Shown here: positions 37,707 through 47,795 of the stretch, piece after piece | How positions within the stretch are numbered: position 1 is the first letter of the stretch | Layout of the letters: every line of letters starts with the position of its first letter | NCBI GenBank assembly: GCA_964475655.1 | Contig: CAYYXE010000001.1 | Location: 5,435 to 69,434 of the forward strand | Direction of reading: 5' to 3' | Length of the DNA: 64,000 bases | Source: an uncultured Candidatus Saccharibacteria bacterium | GTDB lineage: Bacteria > Patescibacteriota > Minisyncoccia > Phycocordibacterales > UBA9973 | The notes under the pieces: generated by a model | The model's database searches: none | What the model was told of the DNA's origin: nothing | What the model saw: only the letters and a program-made list of their open reading frames with translations | Program-made: the position numbers and the translations under genes

Positions 37707-39407
37707 CTAACTCGCCATTGCCGGAAGCCTGACCGTAAATGTCGCTCCTTTGCCTAACCCCTCACTCTCGATCGTGATGTCGCCCTTGTGGGCTATCGCA
37801 ATCTGCTTTGCGAGGTAGAGCCCGAGACCGCTTCCGCCCGTGTTTACCTTGCCTCCCTCGCCGCGTGAGAACTTCTCAAAGAGCTTGTCCTTGGTCTCTG
37901 GCGAGATGCCCATGCCGGTGTCTTTCACGGCAAATACGATCTGCTCTTTGCCGATGCGTGAGAGCGAGATCGCGACGGTGCCGCCTTCGGGTGTGTACTT
38001 GATGCTGTTGTCGACGAGATTGAGGAAGACTTGCTTGAGCTTGGTCGGGTCGGCAGTTGCCGCAAAGTCGTCACCATGCGCTACAGAGAGCGTGAGGTTG
38101 ATCTGTTTGCTTTGTGCCGGGATCTGCATTTCGCCATAGAGCGTCTGGACGATGTCGGCTACTTTGGTCGGCATAAATTCGTACTTCATGCCGCCCTGCT
38201 CGATTTTGGAGACATTGAGGAGGTCTTCGACGATGTTTGAGAGCCCTTGTGCAGAGGTGTAGATGCGCTGGATCGGCTCGGTGGTCTTGACCGCAAGCTT
38301 GCCAAACGAGCCTTCGATCAGCATCGATGCATACCCCTTGATCGCCGTGAGCGGACTGCGCAGCTGGTGGGATGCGAGCGAGAGGAATTCTGTCTTGAGC
38401 TTGTCGAGACTCTTGAGCTTGGTGTTTGCAACCTCCAGATCGAGATTGGTTTGTTCGAGGCGCATGCTGAGCTTTTGGAGATTTTCTTTTTGCTGGACTT
38501 CTATACGCACTGATCGTACAAGGAAATATCCACTGATCACAAAGAAGATGAGTGTCACCGAACTCAACACGAGGTCAGTTGTATTTGCATTATAAAAGAA
38601 TCGTGCACCGATCAAGATCGTGATCAGCAGTACGAGTGCCTGCGTTCCAAACAATTTGATGTTGAATGTACGAAACTTCACCATGAGATATCCAAGCAAG
38701 ATAAAGAATGCGAGCATGCCGACAGGTCCCCATAGGTTGAATTCGTATACTCCAGTGAGCTCTCCATAAAAGTTGGAAAGGAAGAATGTGGCGAGGAGTG
38801 CTACTATACCCATAGCAAAAAGCTTGATCTGTTTGCGGTACATAAACGAAGTTTCCTTGTGATATGCGTGTACCCCCAACATCCCAATGAGTACGATGCT
38901 CGCCGCCTCGAGTCCATAAATGATATTCCACAAGGGCCCGACTACGCCTTCACAGTTGACGACATCATATGCCGCGACATTTACCGTACTCGGTATAAGG
39001 CATGCGGTTAGCGTCCATATACCCACTACGATATATTGCCCGGCTCGCGTGAGATTTCTTTTGTATACAAAAACATACGCCAGACAAAATGCGCTCAAAA
39101 ACAGTCCGACTTCAAAGAGTGCGGTAAGCTGCCACGCAAACATAAGCACGCTGTGATATGAAGCAACCCACTGCACAAGTATGTTGATCACCCACAAGAA
39201 AAAGAACCCTGTCATCGCAAGGAGCATGCGGGACTTGAGGGAGTGATTGTCCTTTTTGTACACGAGCAGTCCAATGATGAGCGAAATGAGGGCGATCGGA
39301 ATGTATGAATAAAAGAGAAGCTTCGGAGCAGTCGAAAAGTCAAACAATCCCAATACCTGAGGTATTTCGGTGCCACACAAGGCTTGGTTGTACTGTGAAA
39401 ATAGCAT
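37707..39407 (-). CDS. sensor histidine kinase with large polytopic N-terminal membrane domain (orphan; no response regulator adjacent)
   Basis: H-box LSLASHQLRSPLTAIKGY; HATPase N/G1/G2 boxes (VDNSIKYT, DTGMGI, GGSGLGL). Confidence 0.8.
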   Translation of the reverse strand: MLFSQYNQALCGTEIPQVLGLFDFSTAPKLLFYSYIPIALISLIIGLLVYKKDNHSLKSRMLLAMTGFFFLWVINILVQWVASYHSVLMFAWQLTALFEVGLFLSAFCLAYVFVYKRNLTRAGQYIVVGIWTLTACLIPSTVNVAAYDVVNCEGVVGPLWNIIYGLEAASIVLIGMLGVHAYHKETSFMYRKQIKLFAMGIVALLATFFLSNFYGELTGVYEFNLWGPVGMLAFFILLGYLMVKFRTFNIKLFGTQALVLLITILIGARFFYNANTTDLVLSSVTLIFFVISGYFLVRSVRIEVQQKENLQKLSMRLEQTNLDLEVANTKLKSLDKLKTEFLSLASHQLRSPLTAIKGYASMLIEGSFGKLAVKTTEPIQRIYTSAQGLSNIVEDLLNVSKIEQGGMKYEFMPTKVADIVQTLYGEMQIPAQSKQINLTLSVAHGDDFAATADPTKLKQVFLNLVDNSIKYTPEGGTVAISLSRIGKEQIVFAVKDTGMGISPETKDKLFEKFSRGEGGKVNTGGSGLGLYLAKQIAIAHKGDITIESEGLGKGATFTVRLPAMAS

Positions 39408-39408
39408 A

Positions 39409-39534
39409 TTACTCTTCTTCTACCGAAGACTCGTCAATAATAGCGAAATCTTTGTGTATCACAGTCTTGTAATACGTGAGCCCAATACTTACGACAACCA
39501 CAACAATGATAAGTGCCTTGATGATCGGCTTCAT
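39409..39534 (-). CDS. possible 41-aa single-TM peptide immediately upstream of histidine kinase
   Basis: ATG...TAA ending 1 nt before kinase ATG; MKPIIKALIIVVVVVSIGLTYYKTV...; below ORF-track size cutoff. Confidence 0.25.
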   Translation of the reverse strand: MKPIIKALIIVVVVVSIGLTYYKTVIHKDFAIIDESSVEEE

Positions 39535-39554
39535 GTATCAAGTATAGCGCATCG

Positions 39555-40460
39555 CTACGGCAATGTAACCATTATTTTTTTGAGCAAAAAGTATGGGCGG
39601 TACTTTTCTTTGGCATGGCGAAGTCCTGGGATGCCCAGATCCTGTTCCCAGTTGAGAAACTTTACCCCCTTGGCGTGCATGACTTTTCCTTCTTCCCAGT
39701 TGAGGATTTCATATACACCGGGATACACCGATGTGTGTGCCTTCGAAAAGTGTGCGACTGCGTAATGTTTCGGGAGCAACTCGTATGCCGAAAATCCTGC
39801 AAGCTCGTCTCCTACATAGAGCGATACAAATACGATATGTGTGTCAGCGAGCCCAAGAAAACGCTCAAATGCCTTAAATTCATTGAGATCAAATGCATGG
39901 TTGCCATGCTTTTCGAGTGACCATTTGTGAAATACATCCAAATAATGGTCTTTATTAATCTTGCTGAGCGGTGCGACGACGACCTTGTGCTCTGGAAAGG
40001 TACTCAAATACTTGCGGAGCGCTTTGCCTTTGGGGTTTTTGCTCCACTCTCGCATAGTCATGAGGTGATCTGAAAGATATATATAATCCGCATCTGCTCT
40101 GTCGTGATGCACGATAAACGGCGAATCTTTGAATGAAAAGTATGGTGCCAATTCTTCGGGGATAAGCTTCAAGAAATTCTGTTTGAAATGTACCTTTGCA
40201 TACGAAAGAAGTTGGAAGGCAGTTGCGGATACCTTTTTGTCCCCAATGAACGAGAGGAATGGTTCGCCGGTGACATAGTCAGCAAAGAGTACGACGAGAT
40301 TGCCATTGAGCTTGCTTATCTTGACGGCGTTTTTGATATTCCATACCCAGAGACTTGTGAAGTTGAAATCCGAATACGCTGGAAATACTTTGGTAAGACG
40401 TTCAACTGCGCGTTTGTCGGGTAGTTCGAGTGATTTAAACGTAGGAAAGGTTGGGATCAT
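39555..40460 (-). CDS. putative aminoacyl-tRNA-dependent transferase, DUF2156 (MprF C-domain)/Fem-like GNAT-fold protein
   Basis: 301 aa; C-terminal GLRHAKEKYRPYFL resembles the G-L-R-x-F-K-E-K-F-x-P tail of lysyl-PG synthase C-domains; assignment from recall, not a search. Confidence 0.45.
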   Translation of the reverse strand: MIPTFPTFKSLELPDKRAVERLTKVFPAYSDFNFTSLWVWNIKNAVKISKLNGNLVVLFADYVTGEPFLSFIGDKKVSATAFQLLSYAKVHFKQNFLKLIPEELAPYFSFKDSPFIVHHDRADADYIYLSDHLMTMREWSKNPKGKALRKYLSTFPEHKVVVAPLSKINKDHYLDVFHKWSLEKHGNHAFDLNEFKAFERFLGLADTHIVFVSLYVGDELAGFSAYELLPKHYAVAHFSKAHTSVYPGVYEILNWEEGKVMHAKGVKFLNWEQDLGIPGLRHAKEKYRPYFLLKKIMVTLP

Positions 40461-40467
40461 ACACCTT

Positions 40468-41388
40468 TTATATCAAAAACAGCGCACCGGTAATCATAAT
40501 ACACAGCGAGATACCTTTATGGATTAAGGATCTCTTTGAAATGTCTTCTGTTAGTATGCGCGGGAAAAATATAGTGCATACAATGCCTAGCAAAAATACG
40601 ATAAGGGGTTGCGCGACTTCAATGACAAGTACCAACACAATTGGCACAGATAAGATAGCGTAATTTACAAGCAGGTTTCCGATAATCGTCGTAGACTCTG
40701 AAGCAATATTCACTAGGAGTATCTTTTTGCCTGATGTCCGCACCATGCTGAAAAATGCTTCTCGATACTTCTTTATCAACACAAGTACAACTATCCCTGC
40801 TATACCCAATCCCAAATGTTCCCAAAATGTTGCCGCCCAAAATCCGCTATCTCTTCCTACAAATTTAAAAAGTACTATCCATATCGCAATAAAGAGCGAT
40901 GCAAACAGCATGTACAATACTGACCTCCATTTTACGTGGTACCGGATAGATACTGCGGATTTTTCTGTACGGATAGAAAGCACAACACCACCCAATACAA
41001 CAATGGCGCCCCCGATCATTTGTATATACGTAATAGTTTCTCCTAAGAAAAAATAGCCCAGAATATAGCCGAACAATGGCAGAGTCAAAAACCACGGAAT
41101 AACACTCGATACATCATCGACGGCAAGGGCCTTGAAGTAGAACATAAGCCATACCAAGTTACAAAACCCAGCAACAAGAAGGATAAGAATGTCGCGGGCA
41201 CTGAGCGCAAAATTTTTTCCACCAACTAGATAGATAACACCTGCAGCAACCAGTGCAAAAAGACTCGAAAACAACACAAGTGCTCCAATCGAACGGCTTA
41301 CATTTTTATTTTTTTCAACCAAATAATTGTCCGTAATATTTACTAGGGAATAAAGAAATACGGCAATAAAGGTTAGGAGTATCCACAT
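40468..41388 (-). CDS. EamA/DMT-superfamily transporter (10 TM)
   Basis: Two EamA-like 5-TM repeats. Confidence 0.7.
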   Translation of the reverse strand: MWILLTFIAVFLYSLVNITDNYLVEKNKNVSRSIGALVLFSSLFALVAAGVIYLVGGKNFALSARDILILLVAGFCNLVWLMFYFKALAVDDVSSVIPWFLTLPLFGYILGYFFLGETITYIQMIGGAIVVLGGVVLSIRTEKSAVSIRYHVKWRSVLYMLFASLFIAIWIVLFKFVGRDSGFWAATFWEHLGLGIAGIVVLVLIKKYREAFFSMVRTSGKKILLVNIASESTTIIGNLLVNYAILSVPIVLVLVIEVAQPLIVFLLGIVCTIFFPRILTEDISKRSLIHKGISLCIMITGALFLI

Positions 41389-41393
41389 AGCTT

Positions 41394-42851
41394 TTACTCC
41401 CTTGGCTTAAGCAATGGGAACAGCTGCGTCTCGCGGAGGGGCTTGTCGACGAGAAATGCGAAGAGTCTTTCTCCAAAGCCAAAGCCGAACGTTGGCGGCA
41501 TACCATGCTCAAGCATGCCGACAAACTCGTCGTCTGCCATCATTGCCTCGTCATCCCCTTCCGCAATGAGCCCTTGCTGAATATCAAATCGGCGCTTTTG
41601 TTCGATAGGATCATTGAGTTCGGCATGTGCACGACCCATTTCGCTCCCTCCAATAATGACTTGAAACATGTCGGTTTTGCGTGGATCCTTTTCGCTTGTC
41701 TTTGAAAGCGGTGCAACAACGAGAGGATGGTTTATGAGAAATGCCGGCCCACTCACTTGCTTGCGGCAATATTTCCACAATGAATCAGTCATGCGCTCTT
41801 TATTCTTGCCATCGTATTTGACGCCGAGTTCGGCAAGTTTTACAGCCATATCTTCAACGGAAGCAGCGAAAATATCGATACCGGTTCGCTTTTGTATTTC
41901 ATCAGCATAATCGATCTCTACCCACTCATCCTCAAGGTTGAATGTATGACCACGCGTCGTAAACGTCGTCGTACCAGCAACTTCTTTGGCAATCGTTATG
42001 AAGAGGTTTTTTACAAGCTCTTTCCCTGTACCTAGATTCATATACGCCGCATAGCACTCCATATTGGTGAACTCTTGTACATGATCAGGACTACTTCCTT
42101 CATTGCGATACACCCGACCGATCTCAAAGGTCTTGGGAAATCCTGCAGCCATGAGACGCTTCTGCCAGAGTTCTCCGACTGAGATGCGCATGAAGACATC
42201 GAGTGCAAAGTCTTTGTGATGTGTCTTGAATGGATTTGCTTCGGCACCGCCAGTGGTGACTTCGAGCGTCGGTGTTTCGACTTCCATAAAGCCTCGCTCT
42301 TTCATAAACGTGCGCGTCACGTCCCAAAACTTCGCTTTCTTTTTAAACATGTCTTGAAGCTCAGGATCAGTCAGGATGTCGAGATATCGCTTGCGGTAGC
42401 GTTCGTCTTCGTCAGTGAGGCCGTGCCATTTCTCAGGAAGCGGCAGAAGCGACTTTGCAAGCATGTTCCAGCCAGATACAAATAGTGCTTTCTCTCCGCG
42501 CTTAGTGGTGTACGCGATGCCGGTCGCTTCGACAAAGTCGCCAACGTCAGTCGTCTCGTTCCAGAGCTCGTATGCAGCAGTGTCCATCTCATCAGACTTG
42601 AGGAAGAGCTGCATGGTGCCCGTGCCATCAAATATATCTGCAAATGCAAGTCCGCCCTGCCCGCGCTTCGACATAATACGCCCTGCGAGTACGGCCGTGT
42701 CTTTGGTGCCTTCGTAGAGCGAAAAGCGGTCGATAAACACCTCGATTGTGTCGGTGCGGTTGGTATGAGCGGGATAGGGATTGATACCTTTCTCCTCAAG
42801 TATCGCCTTCTTTTTCAGCCGTTCGTCCCGCAGTTCTGGAATGGATGCCAT
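41394..42851 (-). CDS. lysS: lysine--tRNA ligase (class II)
   Basis: OB-fold N-domain, class II motifs (FMEVETP, RNEGSSPDHVQEFTNMECY, GGSEMGRAHAEL). Confidence 0.9.
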   Translation of the reverse strand: MASIPELRDERLKKKAILEEKGINPYPAHTNRTDTIEVFIDRFSLYEGTKDTAVLAGRIMSKRGQGGLAFADIFDGTGTMQLFLKSDEMDTAAYELWNETTDVGDFVEATGIAYTTKRGEKALFVSGWNMLAKSLLPLPEKWHGLTDEDERYRKRYLDILTDPELQDMFKKKAKFWDVTRTFMKERGFMEVETPTLEVTTGGAEANPFKTHHKDFALDVFMRISVGELWQKRLMAAGFPKTFEIGRVYRNEGSSPDHVQEFTNMECYAAYMNLGTGKELVKNLFITIAKEVAGTTTFTTRGHTFNLEDEWVEIDYADEIQKRTGIDIFAASVEDMAVKLAELGVKYDGKNKERMTDSLWKYCRKQVSGPAFLINHPLVVAPLSKTSEKDPRKTDMFQVIIGGSEMGRAHAELNDPIEQKRRFDIQQGLIAEGDDEAMMADDEFVGMLEHGMPPTFGFGFGERLFAFLVDKPLRETQLFPLLKPRE

Positions 42852-42887
42852 AGTGACTTTAGTATAACAAAATAAGTCTTTTTTGCC

Positions 42888-43358
42888 TTATTCTAATTTT
42901 CTCCCAGGAATAATAGCTGCCAAAATAAGTATAATTGATGTAATACTAATATGAGATGTGTTGAATAAGCTCAAATCGTACCCATATTGTTTATGAACAA
43001 AAATACTTACTATTTTTAACAAAAGGAAAAGAATAGCAATAGATACGGCGATCCAATTTTTAGTGAAATCTCGATATCGCTTATATGTTGTGTATGAAAT
43101 TAATAACACTCCAATAATAAAGACAGGGACGAAATTATTATAAATATCTGAACCTGGATACACGAAAGACAACAAATCGCCACCAAAAAGACCTCCTAAT
43201 GACCAGAAGAAAAACGAGATCCCAATTCCATATATAATAAATTGAAATCTATTAAACGTTTTATTCTTTAAAAAACTTGATAATCCTTTTACAGTATCAA
43301 TTTGCGGTACTTGCCAACCTAAATCTGTCCCTTCTTCTTTTGGATCTTGTACAAACAT
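42888..43358 (-). CDS. hypothetical membrane protein (AT-rich)
   Basis: 156 aa, 4 TM. Confidence 0.45.
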   Translation of the reverse strand: MFVQDPKEEGTDLGWQVPQIDTVKGLSSFLKNKTFNRFQFIIYGIGISFFFWSLGGLFGGDLLSFVYPGSDIYNNFVPVFIIGVLLISYTTYKRYRDFTKNWIAVSIAILFLLLKIVSIFVHKQYGYDLSLFNTSHISITSIILILAAIIPGRKLE

Positions 43359-43359
43359 A

Positions 43360-44427
43360 TTATATATTCTCTTTTTTTAGTTCTTCTATTAATTCTTTAG
43401 CATGCTTACTCAGTTTCTCCGGCAGCTTGATGTCGAGTTTGATGATGAAATTGCCGCGTTTGCTACCAGAGGTTGGTACACCTTTGTGTTTGAGTGTGAT
43501 AGTGTCGCCTACTCGTGTACCAGTCGGGATCGACACTTGCTCCATACCATCGAGTGTCTCGACTGCATAGGTCGCACCGAGAAGAGCGTCGGTGAGCTTG
43601 ATCGGAAGCGTCATGTACAGGTCTTGCCTGTCGCGCTTGATCGTCTTGTGTGGAACGACGGTGACGTGCACGTACAAGTCGCCTGACTGTCCGCCACTGA
43701 TCGCTTCACCCATACCTGCAAGTCGGAGTGTTTCGCCATTTTGAATACCAGCAGGGACAGTGAGTTTGATCGTGCGTTCTTCGTTGACCACGCCTTTGCC
43801 GCGGCAGGTCGCACAAGGATCCTTGGGGATCTTGCCGACGCCATGACATTTGTCACAGATTTGGTTGGTCGCGATCGAGCCGAGGATCGTGCGCTGGATG
43901 TTGCGCACTTGGCCCTTGCCGTTACATTGGCTACAGGTCTCGAGACTTGTACCAGGCTTTGCGCCGTTGCCCTTACAGGTGTTGCAAGTACTTGGCTTTT
44001 TGATCCTGAGCTCGCGTTCGACACCAAAGATTGCATCCTTGAAGTCAAGCGAGATAGTGGTCTGCAGATCCGCTCCGCGCTGTATGCGACTGCGTCGTCC
44101 ACCACCAAAGATGTCGCCAAACATATCGCCCAGATCGAATTCGAAGCCCCCGGCACCTTGCTGGAAACCACTAAAATCGAAACCTCCGAAGCCTTGGCTC
44201 CCTCCGCCAAAGGCGGACGGCCCTTCAGAGCCGAACTGATCATACTGCGCACGCTTCTGATCATCTGAGAGTACTTGATATGCTTCGTTTACTTCCTTAA
44301 ACTTTGCCTCGTCGCCGGTGGATTTATCAGGATGGTATTTATGCGCCATTTTGTGGAAGGCCTTTTTGATCTCATCCTTTGACGCACCCTTTTCGATGCC
44401 CAGCGTCTTGTAATAGTCCTTACTCAT
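43360..44427 (-). CDS. dnaJ: chaperone DnaJ
   Basis: J-domain HPD (KYHPDKS), G/F region, four CxxCxGxG repeats. Confidence 0.9.
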   Translation of the reverse strand: MSKDYYKTLGIEKGASKDEIKKAFHKMAHKYHPDKSTGDEAKFKEVNEAYQVLSDDQKRAQYDQFGSEGPSAFGGGSQGFGGFDFSGFQQGAGGFEFDLGDMFGDIFGGGRRSRIQRGADLQTTISLDFKDAIFGVERELRIKKPSTCNTCKGNGAKPGTSLETCSQCNGKGQVRNIQRTILGSIATNQICDKCHGVGKIPKDPCATCRGKGVVNEERTIKLTVPAGIQNGETLRLAGMGEAISGGQSGDLYVHVTVVPHKTIKRDRQDLYMTLPIKLTDALLGATYAVETLDGMEQVSIPTGTRVGDTITLKHKGVPTSGSKRGNFIIKLDIKLPEKLSKHAKELIEELKKENI

Positions 44428-44758
44428 ATAGTGATTATACCACGAATGTCAAATAAAGAAACCACCCAGAAACTGAGTGGTTTTTTCTCAAACAATAAAA
44501 CTTGCAATGAAACAAAATTTACACCTCCCCGAAGGATCTAATCATAGGCTGATGGGTTTAGTGAGAGATATTTCAAAACAAAATAGCACTCGAGGTGCTA
44601 TTTGTCAATTATCGATGACGCATTGAGACGGTCTTGCCATCTCGCTTTGCCTTCTTCTTTGCAGCAATTTTTCTCTTTTTGTTCATGGAAATACTATAGC
44701 ATAAATTGGAAATAAAAAAAGCCTTTTAGTTTTTCAAAAGGCTTTTAATGAGGCGTTT

Positions 44759-45121
44759 TTAAATGAGGAAAAATTTATTTCGGAATAGTCCAACTATTCT
44801 TTGCAGAAAATGTTTTATTTTAAAAACCCATTTTTTAAAAAAAGGAGTCAATAAAACAGTAAAGAATAGACTAAAGAACCCAATGCCTGCATTTGCAAGA
44901 AAAGCTGCTAGTGCAGGAGTAAAAGCAATGACGGTAACAGTGTAGTTCAAATCTTTTTCATCCAGATACCATAATATTACCAATGAAAAAATTACTATCG
45001 GTACAGGTATGCAGGATTGATTTTCTTGGAAGAAAACAATACTAAATCCGAAGAAAAGTATCCAAATTATAAACAAGATGACACCGAGTATTTCCTTGAG
45101 AAGTGGCAATAACTTTTTCAT
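44759..45121 (-). CDS. hypothetical membrane protein (AT-rich) between dnaK and dnaJ
   Basis: 120 aa, 3-4 TM; preceded by repeated terminator-promoter module. Confidence 0.45.
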   Translation of the reverse strand: MKKLLPLLKEILGVILFIIWILFFGFSIVFFQENQSCIPVPIVIFSLVILWYLDEKDLNYTVTVIAFTPALAAFLANAGIGFFSLFFTVLLTPFFKKWVFKIKHFLQRIVGLFRNKFFLI

Positions 45122-45156
45122 ATTTAAGATTTTTAGTTAAATAACTTATTTTTTAT

Positions 45157-45185
45157 AAAATACAATATTTTAAAATAAAAGTCAA
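45157..45185 (-). promoter_or_regulatory. promoter TTGACT-17-TATTTT (module copy) for 45121 gene
   Basis: minus-strand -35 at 45180-45185; homologous to 17319..17347. Confidence 0.4.
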
Positions 45186-45192
45186 TACATAC

Positions 45193-45218
45193 AAAAAGCC
45201 CTATTTCTAAGGCTTTTT
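45193..45218 (-). terminator. terminator after dnaK (module copy: AAAAAGCC..GGCTTTTT)
   Basis: Near-identical to hairpin at 17352..17382. Confidence 0.5.
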
Positions 45219-45242
45219 GTGAGGTTTGTATTTGAATATCGA

Positions 45243-47144
45243 TTATTCCTTTGGAGCTTCTTCTGTCGTATCAGTCGCCTCAGCATCTTTGGGAGCTGAC
45301 TCTGCACCTGCTGGAGCTTCTTCTTTTGGTGCATTCTTTGCGATATGTTCGCCGATCTTTTGCATTTCGGTTGAGAGGGCGTTTACCGCCGCATCAAGTG
45401 CTGCCTTATCACTTCCCTCCTTTGCTTTCTTTGCTTCATCGATCTTGGCCTGCACCGAAGTCTTGATCTCGTCTGGTATATTTGCGCCGTGTTCTTGCAA
45501 AGCTTTCTCAGCTGAGAAGATCATCATATCTGCAGTGTTCTTAGCGTCCGCCATCTCTTTTTTCTTGGCATCATCTGCTGCATTCATCTCTGCATCTTTC
45601 TTCATCTTTTCGATGTCTTCTGGAGTGAGGCCACTTGAGGCTTCGATACGGATAGATTGCTCTTTGCCGGTTGCCTTATCCTTTGCTTTGACTGCGAGAA
45701 TGCCGTTGGAGTCCACATCAAAGGTCACCTCGATCTGTGGAAGTCCGCGGGGAGCTGGCGCAATACCGTCGAGCACAAATCGTCCAAGAGATTTGTTGTC
45801 TGCTGCCATTGGGCGCTCACCTTGCGTGATATGGATCTCAACAGACGGCTGGTTATCGGTCGCAGTGGAGAAGATCTGACTCTTTGAACTTGGGATAGTC
45901 GTGTTGCGTTCGATGAGCTTGGTCGACACACCGCCCATAGTCTCAATACCGAGACTGAGCGGGATCACATCGAGCAAGAGCACGTCGCGCACATCACCTT
46001 GAAGCACACCACCTTGGACTGCCGCACCGAGTGCAACCACTTCGTCTGGGTTGATTGAACGATTGGGTTCTTTGCCAAAGAGCTTCTTTACTTCTTCGAC
46101 GATCTTGGGCATGCGCGTCTGACCTCCCACAAGGATCACTTCATTGATGTCACTCATCTTGAATCCTGAGGCTTCCACTGCGCGCTTGGTGATGTCGATA
46201 GAGCGCGTAATGAATTCGTCTGCGATCTCTTCGAGCTTTGCGCGAGTCATTTTGAGCAAGAGGTGTTGTGGTCCTGCATCGGTACTCGTGATGAACGGGA
46301 TGTTGATCTCGGTCTCTGTTGTCGTACTGAGCTCGATCTTTGCCTTCTCAGCCGCTTCGTCGAGTCGCTGGCGGGCAAGGGCGTCCTTCATCACGTCGAT
46401 GCCGGTATCCTTTTTGAATTCGTCGGCGATCCACTGCATGATCTTGAGATCGATGTCGCGTCCTCCCATGAGCGCGTCTCCGTCAGTCGACTTCACTTCG
46501 ATCGATTGCATGTCGTCGACATCGGACACCTCGAGGATCGAGATATCAAACGTTCCACCTCCGAGGTCGTACACGGCGATCTTTTCATTCTTTTTGCTGT
46601 TAAATCCGTATGCGAGTGCTGCAGCAGTTGGTTCGTTGATGATGCGCTTGACGTCAAGACCGGCGATTGCACCCGCGTCTTTGGTCGCCTTGCGCTGTGC
46701 GTCGTTGAAGTATGCAGGCACGGTAATGATCGCTTCCGTGATCTTTTCACCGAGCTTTGCTTCGACGTCTGCCTTAATCTTCTGCAAGATCATCGCAGAG
46801 ACTTCTTCGGGGCGGTATTCTTTGCCGTTCATGGTGACGAGCGCGCCACCATCTGCGCCACTCGTAACCTTAAATGCAGAAGACTTCACTACCTTTTCGA
46901 TGCCTTCGTCTGAGGCCTTGTGACCCATGAAGCGCTTGATACCGTAGATCGTGTTCTCCGGGTTCGTCACGGCCTGGCGCTTTGCGAGGAGTCCCACGAG
47001 TCGGTCACCGTTTTTGCCCACTGCGACGATAGACGGTGTCGTACGTGCACCTTCGATGTTTTCGATAATTTTGGGCTGGCCACCTTCGATGATGGCTACC
47101 GCTGAGTTTGTCGTTCCAAGGTCAATTCCAATGATTTTTGGCAT
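45243..47144 (-). CDS. dnaK: chaperone DnaK (Hsp70)
   Basis: [27 protein letters not shown] signatures. Confidence 0.95.
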   Translation of the reverse strand: MPKIIGIDLGTTNSAVAIIEGGQPKIIENIEGARTTPSIVAVGKNGDRLVGLLAKRQAVTNPENTIYGIKRFMGHKASDEGIEKVVKSSAFKVTSGADGGALVTMNGKEYRPEEVSAMILQKIKADVEAKLGEKITEAIITVPAYFNDAQRKATKDAGAIAGLDVKRIINEPTAAALAYGFNSKKNEKIAVYDLGGGTFDISILEVSDVDDMQSIEVKSTDGDALMGGRDIDLKIMQWIADEFKKDTGIDVMKDALARQRLDEAAEKAKIELSTTTETEINIPFITSTDAGPQHLLLKMTRAKLEEIADEFITRSIDITKRAVEASGFKMSDINEVILVGGQTRMPKIVEEVKKLFGKEPNRSINPDEVVALGAAVQGGVLQGDVRDVLLLDVIPLSLGIETMGGVSTKLIERNTTIPSSKSQIFSTATDNQPSVEIHITQGERPMAADNKSLGRFVLDGIAPAPRGLPQIEVTFDVDSNGILAVKAKDKATGKEQSIRIEASSGLTPEDIEKMKKDAEMNAADDAKKKEMADAKNTADMMIFSAEKALQEHGANIPDEIKTSVQAKIDEAKKAKEGSDKAALDAAVNALSTEMQKIGEHIAKNAPKEEAPAGAESAPKDAEATDTTEEAPKE

Positions 47145-47264
47145 AGTTTGAATATATAAATAATTTATAAATATAAGTATTTTGGAGGAATTTCTGTAAT
47201 TTTACGATAATTTCGCGACCGCAAAATACTTGTACAAAAAGGAGTATAGTGCTACGATTTTGCT

Positions 47265-47795
47265 ATGTCAAGTAATTCTATACGACAAAGCTATTCCAAA
47301 AAGCTATTGGCCCTCCTCGGGTCCAAACCAGCCCTCCCAGTAGAGAAACTAGGCGACTGGATAGACGTCTCAGGCACCGAAAAGTATGCGCTTACACGGT
47401 CACTGAAGGGCCTCAGGGAAGCAGGACTCGTCGAGTACCACGACTCAGGACAGCAAGAGTATGCCCGTCTCACCCGCGATGGCCGCAAGAAGGCGCACAG
47501 CCTCAAGCTCGATGAAGATACCGCCGTGCTAAACCCCAACTGGGATGGCAAATGGCGCATCATCATGCTCGACCTCCCCGAAGACCGCAAAAGCGATCGT
47601 GATGGCCTGCGCTATCTGCTCAAAAAGGCAGGCTTTATCCTCCTCAAAAACTCCGTCTGGATCTCTCCCCACCCCTTCGAACACTTCTTTGCAAATATCA
47701 AAAAAGACCTCGGTCTAACGACAGAGATCATGATTTTTGTGACGGATACGCTGGATAGCGAAACTGAGAAAGAGTTTTTGAAACTATTAAAATAA
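47265..47795 (+). CDS. PaaX-family-like transcriptional regulator (wHTH + PaaX C-domain)
   Basis: C-terminal WDGKWRIIMLDLPEDRKSDRDGLRYLLKKAGFILLKNSVWISP matches PaaX_C pattern W-G-W-hhh-LPE-R-R-LR-L-GF-L-VW. Confidence 0.55.
   Translation: MSSNSIRQSYSKKLLALLGSKPALPVEKLGDWIDVSGTEKYALTRSLKGLREAGLVEYHDSGQQEYARLTRDGRKKAHSLKLDEDTAVLNPNWDGKWRIIMLDLPEDRKSDRDGLRYLLKKAGFILLKNSVWISPHPFEHFFANIKKDLGLTTEIMIFVTDTLDSETEKEFLKLLK

Noticed and set aside
43611-44268. Long antisense/alternate-frame ORFs inside dnaJ (43611..44264, 43741..44268); similar cases inside dnaK (45226..45879, 46144..46923), lysS, alaS, rpoA, kinase
   Set aside because: They are fully embedded in strongly supported genes and are typical GC-frame artefacts with no motifs.
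44575-44610. CIRCE heat-shock operator
   Set aside because: The palindrome ATAGCAC-CTCGAG-GTGCTAT shares half-site letters but lacks the 9-nt spacer. It behaves as the terminator of the micro-ORF.
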